Source: Balanoglossus misakiensis | Lineage: Eukaryota > Animalia > Hemichordata | Assembly (NCBI GenBank): GCA_040954595.2 | Contig: CM082586.2 | Location: 9,331,337-9,395,336, forward strand | Length of the DNA stretch: 64,000 nt | Reading direction: 5' to 3' | Shown here: positions 37,482 to 50,100 of the stretch, piece after piece | How the letters are laid out: each line of letters opens with the position of its first letter | Position numbering within the stretch: position 1 is the stretch's first letter | Position numbers and translations under genes: made by a program | Notes under the pieces: generated by a model | Told to the model about the DNA's origin: nothing | Seen by the model: only the letters and a program-made list of their open reading frames with translations | Databases searched by the model: none

Positions 37482-40400
37482 AAAATTCCAACGAAACCAA
37501 TACGGGCCCAAGCCTGGCTTGGCTTGGGCCCGTAATTAAAGCTGCAAGCAGCATTGTCCGGGCCCAAGCTCTATTATCTGATCTGATTATTAGATATGCA
37601 CATAATTAATGAGAAGAAACATAATGCTGTGTTTTATCCCACGAAATATCAAGGTTATATCTATGTTTGGTGTTGATATAATGTTAAGTAGGTCAAAGGT
37701 CACCAAGAGGTCACCCACAATTTGGGCAGAAAATTTTGACCCATAGTGGTCCATGTCCAACAAAAACCAGACCTCTAGCCCTCTTGGTTAGCCTGGAATT
37801 AGGTATGCACATAATTAATGAGTTAAGCAGGTGTCACAGGTGACCCAAAACTTTGGCTTTTCATTATGGCCCCATACCTCCAAACGCCAAGGCTGTATCT
37901 GCTGTGGATGTCGAGATATGCAAAAGTAGGTCAAAGGTCACCCGAGGTCACCCAACATTTGGGCAAAATATTTTGACCCCATACTGGTCCATGTATAACA
38001 AAAACAAAACCTCTAGGTCTATTGGTTCATTTGTAATTAGGTATGTGCATATTTAATGAGGTCAGCAAAGGTCAAAGGGGTCATGAAAAGTAGCAAAAAT
38101 TTTTGATCACATACAAATCCACATACATCAAAAACCAAACTTATAGCCCTATTGGGTAGCCTGGAATTAGATATGCAGAAAAATGATGCGTCAAAAGTAG
38201 GTCAAAGGTCATTGCCAAAATTACCAAAATATTTATAGCTTATTCTTGGCATATGATGATTCATATCCATAAAAAGAATGTCTGTGCTATCAATTTTTAG
38301 GCTAGAAAGGGAATTTTTACTTTTTAATCGTTTTTCACAAAATCCAATATGGCCGCCATAATCTTCGACCAATCACATTCCTCTTCGCAAACTTGATAGA
38401 CATCTGTTCAATGACCACACACACCAAATCTTGTGACTCGGTTATCGCCGGTTCTTTAGAAGAAGATTTTTGAAATTTTACTATGGTTTTTCGAAAATCC
38501 AATATGGCCGCCATAATCTTCGACCAATCACAATGATCTTCGCAAACTTGATAGACCTCAGTTTGGTGACCACATACCCCAAACCGCGTGACTCGGTTAT
38601 CTCCGGTTCTGGAGAAGAAGATTTTTGAAATTTTGACCAGATTTCAGAAAAACAAATGTAGCAAAAAAACTGCAACATTTACAGCAAAATATCCAATTAC
38701 AAAAATGATGGGCAGAAGGTACACTACCAGCACACCAAATCTGAAGTCGATCTGACTTGTAGTTTCTGAGATCTGAGATTTGCATTTTTTCAGAAAATCC
38801 AATATGGCCGCCATGTCACGTGACTAATTAAAAATTCAAGAGTTCAATGCACGACTACTCATTGACCTTGACCATTGTAGCAAGTTTGAGAAGTGTACCT
38901 GCAGAGGTGTCTGAGATCTAGAGCGACAAAGAAATGACACAAGAAAAAAGAAAGAAAGACAGAAAAACCCCAACGAAACCAATAGGGCCCAAGCGCTGGC
39001 TTGCGCTTGGGCCCTAAAAAACCCCAACAAAACCAATAGGGCCCAAGCGCTGGTATGCGCTTGGGCCCTAAAAATACCAACGAAACCAATAGGGCCCAAG
39101 CCTGGCTTGGCTTGGGCCCTAAAAACCCCAACGAAACCAATAGGGCCCAAGCGCTGCTATGCGCTTGGGCCCTAATTAAAGCTGCGAGCAGCATTGTCGG
39201 GCCCAAGCGCTGATCTTGAATTATATATGCACAGTATGAATGAGAAGAAACAGAATTTTCCATCGGATGTATTATCTCATGACATAACAAGGATGTGTGT
39301 ATTTTTGCTGCTGAAATAGGGTGAAGTAGGTCAAAGGTCACCTAAGGTCACCCAACATTTGGGCAATTTTTTTTTACCCATACTGGTCCATGTCCAACAA
39401 AAACCAAAACTCTAGCTCTTTTGGTTCGGATGTAATCAGGTATGTGCATATTTAATGAGGTCAGCAGGTGTCACAGGTGACCCAAAAATGTGGCTTTACA
39501 TTCTGGTCCCATCCTACAAAATGCCATGGCTGTATCTGCTCTAGATGCTGAGATATGCGAAAGTAGGTCAAAGGTCACCAGAGGTCACCCAACATTTGGG
39601 CAAAAAATTTTGATCCCATACTGGTCCATGTCCAACAAAAACCAAACCTCTAGCTCTATTGGTTCGCCTGTAATTAGCTATGTACATAATTAATGAGGTC
39701 AGCAGAGGTCAAAGGGGTCATGAAAAGTAGCAAAATATTTTGATCACACACTAATCCACATGCATCAAAAACCAAAAGTCTAGCCCTATAGGTTAGCCTG
39801 GAATTAGATATGCAGAAATAATAACGCATGATAAGTAGGTCAAAGGTCATGTGAAAAATCGCCAAAAATTTGTAACATATTTTAGTCATATGATGATTGA
39901 TATCCATGAAAAGAATTTGTATGCTGTCAATTTTTAGACTAGGAAAAGGAATTCCAATTTTTCACTGCTTTTTACAAAATCCAATATGGCCGCCATAATC
40001 TTCAACCAATCACAATGCTCTTTGCAAACTTGATAGACATCAGTGTTGTGACCATACTCCCCGAATCTTGCGACTCAGTTATCGCCCGTTCTGGAGAAGA
40101 AGATTTTTGCAGTTTTACTATGGTTTTTCGAAAATCCAATATGGCCGCCATAATCTTCGACCAATCACAATGCTTCTTATCAAACTTGATAGACATCAGT
40201 TAGGTGACCACATACCCCAAACCGCGTCACTCGGTTATCACCGGTTCTGGAGAAGAAGATTTTTGAAATTTAAGCCAGATTTCAGAAAAAAAATTGTAGC
40301 AAAAAAACTGCAACATTTACAGCAAAATATCTAATTACAAAAATGATGGGTAGAAGGTAGACTACCTGCACACCAAATTTGAAGTCGATCTGACTTGTAG

Positions 40401-41100
40401 TTTCTGAGATCTGAGATTTGCATTTTTTCAGAAAATCCAATATGGCCGCCATGTCACGTGACTAATTAAAAATTCAAGAGTTCAATGCACGACTACCCAT
40501 TGACCTTGACCACTGTAGCAAGTTTGAGAAGTGTACCTGCAGCGGTGTCTGAGATCTAGAGCGACAAAGAAATGACACAAGAATAAAGAAAGAAAGAAAG
40601 AAAGACAGATTAAAGCTGCAAGCAGCATTGTCCGGGCCCAAGCTCTATTATCTGATCTGATATTAGATATGCACATAATTAATGAGTAGAAACATAATGC
40701 TGTTTCATCCCATGAAATATCAAGGTTATATCTATGTTTGGTGCTGTTAAAGTAGGTCAAAGGTCACCCAGAGGTCACCCAACATTTGGGCAGAAAATTT
40801 TGACCCATAGTGGTCCATGTCCAACAAAAACCAGACCTCTAGCCCTTTTGGTTAGCCTGGAATTAGGTATGCACATAAATAATGCGTAAAGCAGGTGTCA
40901 CAGGTGACCCAAAACTTTGGCTTTTCATTATGGCCCCATACCTCCAAATGCCAAGGCTGTACCTGCTTTGGATGCCGAGATATGCAAAAGTACGTCAAAG
41001 GTCATCTGAGGTCATCCAAAATTTGGGCAGAAAATTTTGACCCATAGTGGTCCATGTCCAACAAAAACCAGACCTCTAGCCCTTTTGGTTAGCCCGGAAT
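37482..41100. repeat. Part of a recent segmental duplication (37482-40608 copies 24574-27700, offset 12908)
   Basis: Identical short ORF translations at a constant offset (25573/38481, 25951/38859, 26582/39490, 27160/40068) with a few SNPs. The segment 40609-41100 matches 29202-29700. Confidence 0.9.
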
Positions 41101-44100
41101 TAGGTATGCACATAAATAATGAGTTAAGCAGGTGTCACAGGTGACCCAAAACTTTGGCTTTTCATTATGGCCCTATACCTCCAAACGCCAAGGCTGTATC
41201 TGCTGTGGATGTCAAGATATGCCAAAGTAGGTCAAAGGTCACCCGAGGTCACCCAACATTTGGGCAAAAAATTGTGACCCCCATACTGGTCCATGTATAA
41301 CAAAAACAAAACCTCTAGGTCTATTGGTTCATCATTAATTAGGTATGCGCATATTTAATGAGGTCACCAGAGGTCAAAGGGGTCATGAAAAGTAGCGAAA
41401 TTTTTGGATCACATACAAATCCACATACATCAAAAACTAAACTTATAGCCCTTTTGGTTAGCCTGGAATTAGATATGCAGAAAAATCATGCGTCAAAAGT
41501 AGGTCAAAGGTCATTGCCAAAATTACCAAAATAATTATAGCTTATTCTTGGCATATGATGATTCATATCCATAAAAAGAATTTCTGTGCTATCAATTTTT
41601 AGGCTAGAAAGGGAATTTTTACTTTTTAATCGTTTTTCACAAAATCCAATATGGCCGCCATAATCTTCGACCAATCACATTCCTCTTCGCAAACTTGATA
41701 GACATCTGTTTAATGACCACACACACCAAATCTTGTGACTCAGTTATCGCCGGTTCTTGAGAAGAAGATTTTTGAAATTTTACTAGGGTTTTTTTAAATC
41801 CAATATGGCCGCCATAATCTTCGACCAATCACAATAATCTTCGCAAACTTGATAGACCTCAGCTTGGTGACCACATACCCCAAACCGCGTGACTCGGTTA
41901 TCGCCGGTTCTGGAGAAGAAGATTTTTGAAATTTTGACCAGATTTCAGAAAATCAACTGTAGCAAAAAAACTGCAACATTGACAGCAAAATATCCAATTA
42001 CAAAAATGATGGGCAGAAGGTACACTACCAGCACACCAAATCTGAAGTAAATCTGACTTGTAGTTTCTGAGATCTGAGATTTGCATTTTGTCAGAAAATC
42101 CAATATGGCCACCATGTCACGTGACTAATTAAAAATTCAAGAGTTCAATGCACGACTACCCATTGACCTTGACCACTGTAGCAAGTTTGAGAAGTGTACC
42201 TGCAGCGGTGTCTGAGATCTAGAGCGACAAAGAAATGACAGAAGAATAAAGAAAGAAAGAAAGACAGAATTAAAGCTGCAAGCAGCATTGTCCGGGCCCA
42301 AGCTCTATTATCTGATCTGATTATTAGATATGCACATAATTAATGAGTAGAAACATAATGCAGTGTTTTATCCCATGAAATATCAAGGTTATATCTATGT
42401 TTGGTGCTGATATAGTGTTAAGTAGGTCAAAGGTCACCCAGGGGTCACCCACAATATGGGCAGAATATTTTGACCCATAGTGGTCAATGTCCAACAAAAA
42501 CCAGACCTCTAGCCCTTTTGGTTAACCCGGAATTAGGTATGCACATAAATAATGCGTAAAGCAGGTGTCACAGGTGACCCCACAACTTTGGCTTTTCATT
42601 ATGGCCCCATACCTCCAAACGCCAAGGTTGTACCTGCTTTGGATGCTGAGATATGCAAAAGTAGGTCAAAGGTCATCTGAGGTCACCCAAAATTTGGGTA
42701 GAAAATTTTGACCCGTAGTGGTCCATGTATAACAAAAACAAAACCTCTAGGTCTATTGGTTCATCTGTAATTAGGTATGTGCATATTTAATGAGTTAAGC
42801 AGGTGTCACAGGTGACCCAAAACTTTGGATTTTCATTATGGCCCCATACCTCCAAACGCCAAGGCTGTATCTGCTGTGGATGTCGAGATATGCAAAAGTA
42901 GGTCAAAGGTCACCCGAGGTCATCCAACATTTGGGCAAAATATTTTGACCCCATACTGATCCATGTCCAGAAAAAAACAAACCTCTAGGTCATTTGGTTC
43001 ATCTGTAATTAGGTATGCGCATATTTAATGAGGTCAGCAGAGGTCAAAGGGGTCATGAAAAGTAGCAAAAATTTTTGATCACATACAAAACCACATACAT
43101 CAAAAACCAAACTTATAGCCCTATTGGTTAGCCTGGAATTAGATATGCAGAAAAATGATGCGTCAAAAGTAGGTCAAAGGTCATTGCCAAAATTACCAAA
43201 ATATTTATAGCTTATTCTTGTCATATGATGATTCATATCCATAAAAAGAATTTCTGTGCTATCAATTTTTAGGCTAGAAACAGAATTTTTACTTTTTAAT
43301 CGTTGTTCACAAAATCCAATATGGCCGCCAAAATCTTCGACCAATCACAATGATCTTCGCAAACTTGATAGACATCTGTTTAATGACCACACACACCAAA
43401 TCTTGTGACTCGGTTATCGCCGGTTCTTGAGAAGAAGATTTTTGAAATTTTACTAGGGTTTTTCGAAAATCCAATATGGCCGCCATAATCTTCCACCAAT
43501 CACAATGATCTTCGCAAACTTGATAGACCTCAGTTTGGTGACCACATACCCCAAACCGCGTGACTCGGTTATCGCCGGTTCTGGAGAAGAAGATTTTTGA
43601 AATTTTGACCAGATTTCAGAAAAACAACTGTAGCAAAAAAACTGCAACATTGACAGCAAAATATCCAATTACAAAAATGATGGGTAGAAGGTAGACTACC
43701 TGCACACCAAGTTTGAAGTCGATCTGACTTGTAGTTTCTGAGATCTGAGATTTGCATTTTATCAGAAAATCTAATATGGCCGCCAGGTCACGTGACTAAT
43801 TAAAAATTCAAGGGTTCAATGCACATCTACTCATTGACCTTGACCACTGTAGCAAGTTTGAGAAGTGTACCTGCAGTGGTGTCTGAGATCTAGAGCGACA
43901 AAGAATTGACACAAGAATAAAGAAAGAAGAAAGAAGATAGAAGAAAGAAGGAAAGACAGAAAAACCCCAACGAAACCAATAGGGCCCAAGCGCTGGTATG
44001 TGCTTGGGCCCTAATTAAAGCTGCGAGCAGCATTGTCGGGCCCAAGCGCTGATCTCGAATTATATATGCACAGTATGAATGAGAAGAAACAGAATTTTCT

Positions 44101-47100
44101 ATCGGGTGTATTATCTCATGACATAACAAGGACGTGTGTATTTTTGCTGCTGAAATAGGGTGAAGTATGTCAAAGGTCACTTGAGGTCACCCAACATTTG
44201 GGCAAATTTTTTTGACCCATACTGGTCCATGTCCAACAAAAAACAAAACTCTAGCTCTATTGGTTCGCCTGTAATTAGGTATGTGCATATTTAATGAGGT
44301 CAGCAGGTGTCACAGGTGACCCAAAAATGTGGCTTTACATTTTGGTCCCATCCTGCCAAATGCCATGGCTGTATCTGCTCTGGATGCTGAGATATGCGAA
44401 AGTAGGTCAAAGGTCACCAGAGGTCTTCCAAAATTTGGGCAAAAAATTTTGATCCCATACATGTCCATGTCCAACAAAACCAAACCTCTAGCTCTATTGG
44501 TTCGCCTGTAATTAGCTATGCACATAATTAATGAGGTCAGCAGAGGTCAAAGGGGTCATGAAAAGTAGCAAAATATTTTGATCACACACTAATCCACATG
44601 CATCAAAAACCAAACGTCTAGCCCTATAGGTTAGCCTTGAATTAGATATGCAGAAATAATAATGCGTGATAAGTAGGTCAAAGGTCATGTGAAAAATCGC
44701 CAAAAATTTGTAACATATTTTAGTCATATAACGATTGATATCCATGAAAAGAATTTGTATGCTATCAATTTTTAGACTAGGAAAAGGAATTTCAATTTTT
44801 CACTGCTTTTTACGAAATCCAATATGGCCGCCATAATCTTCGACCAATCACAATGCTCTTTGCAAACTTGATAGACATCAGTGTTGTGACCATACTCCCC
44901 GAATCTTGCGACTCAGTTATCGCCAGTTCTGGAGTAGAAGATTTTTGCAGTTTTACTATGGTTTTTCGAAAATCCAATATGGCCGCCATAATCTTCGACC
45001 AATCACAATGCTTCTTATCAAACTTGATAGACATCAGTTAGGTGACCACATACCCCAAACCGCGTCACTCGGTTATCACCGGTTCTGGAGAAGAAGATTT
45101 TTGAAATTTAAGCCAGATTTCAGAAAAAAAATTGTAGCAAAAAAACTGCAACATTTACAGCAAAATATCCAATTACAAAAATGATGGGTAGAAGGTAGAC
45201 TACCTGCACACCAAATTTGAAGTCGATCTGACTTGTAGTTTCTGAGATCTGAGATTTGCATTTTTTCAGAAAATCCGATATGGCCGCCAGGTCACGTGAC
45301 TAATTAAAAATTCAAGGGTTCAATGCACGACTACTCATTGACCTTGACCACTGTAGCAAGTTTGAAAACTGTACCTGCAGTGGTGTCTGAGATCTAGAGC
45401 GACAAAGAAGTGAACCAAGAATAAAGAAAGAAAGAAAGATTAAAGCTGCAAGCAGCATTGTTTGGGCCCAAGCTCTATTATCTGATCTGGTTATTAGATA
45501 TGCACATAATTAATGAGTAGAAACATAATGCTGTGTTTTATCCCATGAAATATCAAGGTTATTTCTATGTTTGGTGTTGATATAGTGTTAAGTAGGTCAA
45601 AGGTCACCCAGAGGTCACCCACAATTTGGGCAGAAAATTTTGACCCATAGTGGTCCATGTCCAACAAAAACCAGACCTCTAGCCCTTTTGGTTAGCCCGG
45701 AATTATGTATGCACATAAATAATGAGTTAAGCAGGTGTCACAGGTGACCCAAAACTTTGGCTTTCATTATGGCCCCATACCTCCAAACGCCAAGGCTGTA
45801 CCTGCTTTGGATGCCGAGATATGCAAAAGTAGGTCAAAGGTCATCTGAGGTCACCCAAAATTTGGGCAAGAAAATTTTGACCCATAGTGGTCCATGTCCA
45901 ACAAAAACCAGACCTCTAGCTCTATTGGTTCGCCTGTAATTAGCTATGCACATAATAAATGAGGTCAGCAGAGGTCACAGGTGACCCAAAACTTTGGCTT
46001 TTCAATATGGCCCCATATCTCCAAATGCCAAGGCTGTACCTGCTTTGGATGCCGAGATATGCAAAAGTAGGTCAAAGGTCACCCGAGGTCACCCAACATT
46101 TGGGCAAAATAGTTTGACCCCATACTGGTCCATGTATAACAAAAACAAAACCTCTAGGTCTATTGGTTCATCTGTAATTAGGTATGCGCATATTTAATGA
46201 GGTCACCAGAGGTCAAAGGGGTCATGAAAAGTAGCAAAATTTTTTGATCACATACAAATCCACATACATCAAAAACCAAACTTATAGCCCTATTGGTTAG
46301 CCTGGAATTAGATATGCAGAAAAATGATGCGTCAAAAGTAGGTCAAAGGTCATTGCCAAAATTACCAAAATATTTATAGGTTATTCTTGTCATATGATGA
46401 TTCATATCCATAAAAAGAATTTCTGTGCTATCAATTTTTAGGCTAGAAAAGGAATTTTTACTTTTTAATCGTTTTTCACAAAATCCAATATGGCCGCCAT
46501 AATCTTCGACCAATCACATTCCCCTTCGCAAACTTGATAGACATCTGTTTAATGACCACACACACCAAATCTTGTGACTCGGTTATCGCCCGTTCTGGAG
46601 AAGAAGATTTTTGAAGTTTTACTATGGTTTTTCGAAAATCCAATATGGCCGCCATAATCTTCGACCAATCACAATGATCTTCGCAAACTTGATAGACATC
46701 AGTTAGGTGACCACATACCCCAAACGGCGTGACTCGGTTATCGCCGGTTCTGGAGAAGAAGATTTTTGAAATTTTGACCAGATTTCAGAAAAACAACTGT
46801 AGCAAAAAAACTGCAACATTGACAGCAAAATATCCAATTACAAAAATGATGGGCAGAGGGTATACTACCAGCACACCAAATCTTAACTCGATCTGACTTG
46901 TAGTTTCTGAGATCTGAGATTTGCATTTTTTCAGAAAATCCAATATGGCCGCCATGTCACGTGACTAATTAAGTATTCACAAGTCACTGCACATCTACTC
47001 ATTGACCTTGACCACTGTAGCAAGTTTGAGAACTGTACCTGCAGCGGTGTCTGAGATCTAGAGCGCGAAAGAAGTGAACCAAGAATAAAGAAAGAAAGAA

Positions 47101-50100
47101 AAACCCCAACGAAACCAATACGGGCCCAAGCCTGGCTTGCGCTTGGGCCCTAATTAAAGCTGCAAGCAGCATTGTCCGGGCCCAAGCTCTATTATCTGAT
47201 CTGATTATTAGATATGCACATAATCAATGAGTAGAAACATAATGCTGTGTTTTATCCCATGAAATATCAAGGTTATATCTGTTTGGTGCTGATATAGTGT
47301 TAAGTAGGTCAAAGGTCACCCAGGGGTCACCCACAATTTTGGCAGAACATTTTGACCCATAGTGGTCCATGTATAACAAAAACAAAACCTCTAGCCCTTT
47401 TGGTTAGCCCAGAATTAGGTATGCACATAAATAATGAGTCAAGCAGGTGTCACAGGTCACCCAAAACTTTTTCTTTTCCGTATGGCCCCATACATGTACC
47501 TCCAAACGCCAAGGCTGTATCTGCTGTGGATGTCGAGATATGCAAAAGTAGGTCAAAGGTCATCCGAGGTCACCCAACATTTGGGCAAAATATTTTGACC
47601 CCATACTGGTCCATGTATAACAAAAACAAAACCTCTAGGTCTATTGGTTCATCATTAATTAGGTATGCGCATATTTAATGAGGTCACCAGAGGTCAAAGG
47701 GGTCATGAAAAGTAGCAAAATTTTTTGATCACATACAAATCCACATACATCAAAAACCAAACTTATAGCCCTATTGGTTAGCCTGGAATTAGATATGCAG
47801 AAAAATGATGCGTCAAAAGTAGGTCAAAGGTCATTGCCAAAATTACCAAAATATTTATACCTTATTCTTGTCATATGATGATTCATATCCATAAAAAGAA
47901 TTTCTGTGCTATCAATTTTTAGGCTAGAAAAGGAATTTTTACTTTTTAATCGTTTTTCACAAAATCCAATATGGCCGCCATAATCTTCGACCAATCACAT
48001 TCCCCTTCGCAAACTTGATAGACATCTGTTTAATGACCACACACACCAAATCTTGTGACTCGGTTATCGCCCGTTCTTGAGAAGAAGATTTTTGAAGTTT
48101 TACTATGGTTTTTCGAAAATCCAATATGGCCGCCATAATCTTCGACCAATCACAATGATCTTCGCAAACTTGATAGACATCAGTTAGGTGACCACATACC
48201 CCAAACCGCGTGACTCAGTTATCACCGGTTCTGGAGAAGAAGATTTTTGAAATTTAAGCCAGATTTCAGAAAAAAAATTGTAGCAAAAAAACTGCAACAT
48301 TTACAGCAAAATATCCAATTACAAAAATGATGGGTAGAAGGTAGACTACCTGCACACCAAATTTGAAGTCGATCTGACTTGTAGTTTCTGAGATCTGAGA
48401 TTTGCATTTTTTCAGAAAATCCAATATGGCCGCCAGGTCACGTGACTAATTAAAAATTCAAGGGTTCAATGCACGACTACTCATTGACCTTGACCACTGT
48501 AGCAAGTTTCAGAAGTGTACTTGCACCGGTGTCTGAGATCTAGAGCGACAAAGAATTGACAGAAGAATAAAGAAAGAAAGAAAGAATTAAAGCTGCAAGC
48601 AGCATTGTCCGGGCCCAAGCTCTATTATCTGATCTGATTATTAGATATGCACATAATTAATGAGTAGAAACATAATGCTGTGTTTTATCCCATGAAATAT
48701 CAAGATTATATCTATGTTTAGTGCTGATATAGTGTTAAGTAGGTCAGAGGTCACCCACAGTTTGGGCAGAAAATTTTGACCCATAGTGGTCCATGTCCAA
48801 CAAAATCCAGACCTCTAACCCTTTTGGTTAGCCCGGAATTAGGTATGCACATAAATAATAAGTTAAGCAGGTGTCACAGGTGACCCAAAACTTTGGCTTT
48901 TCATTATGGCCCCATACCTCCAAACGCCAAGGCTGTATCTGCTGTGGATGCTGAGATTTGCGAAATTAGGTCAAAGGTCACCAGAGGTCACCCAAAATTT
49001 GGGTAAAAAATTTTGACCCTATACTTGTCCTGTCCAACAAAAACAAAACCTCTAGGTCTATTGGTTCATCTGTAATTAGGTATGCGCATATTTAATGAGG
49101 TCAGCAGAGGTCAAAGGGGTCATGAAAAGTACCAAAATTTTTTGATCACATACAAATCCACATACATCAAAAACCAAACTTATAGCCCTATTGGTTAGCC
49201 TGGAATTAGATATGCAGAAAATTGATGCGTCAAAAGTAGGTCAAAGGTCATTGCCAAAATTACCAAAATATTTATAGCTTATTCTTGTTATATGATGATT
49301 CATATCCATAAAAAGAATTTCTGTGCTATCAATTTTTAGGCTAGAAAGGGAATTTTTACTTTTTAATCGTTTTTCACAAAATCCAATATGGCCGCCATAA
49401 TCTTCGACCAATCACATTCCTCTTCGCAAACTTGATAGACATCTGTTGAATGACCACACACACAAAATCTTGTGACTCGGTTATCGCCGGTTCTCGAGAA
49501 GAAGATTTTTGAAATTTTACTAGGGTTTTTCGAAAATCCAATATGGCCGCCATAATCTTCGACCAATCACAATGATCTTCGCAAACTTGATAGACATCAG
49601 TTAGGTGACCACATACCCCAAACCCCATGTCTCGGTTATCACCGGTTCTGGAGAAGAAGATTTTTGAAATTTAAGCCAGATTTCAGAAAAAAAATTGTAG
49701 CAAAAAAACTGCAACTTTTTCAGCATAATTTCCAATTACAAAAATGTTTGACAGAAGGTAGTCTACCTGCACGCCAAATTTGAAGTCGATCTGACTTGTA
49801 GTTTCTGAGATCTGAGATTTGCATATTTTCAGAAAATCCAAGATGGCTGCCAGGTCATGTGACTAATTAGAAATTCAAGGGTTCAATGCACGACTACTCA
49901 TTGACCTTGACCACTGTAGCAAGTTTCAGAAGTGTACCTGCAGTGGTGTCTGAGATCTAGAGCGACAAAGAATTGACACAAGAATAAAGAAAGATTAAAG
50001 CTGCAAGCAGCATTGTCCGGGCCCAAGCTCTATTATCTGATCTGATTATTAGATATGCACATAATTAATGAGTAGAAACATAATGCAGTGTTTTATCCCA

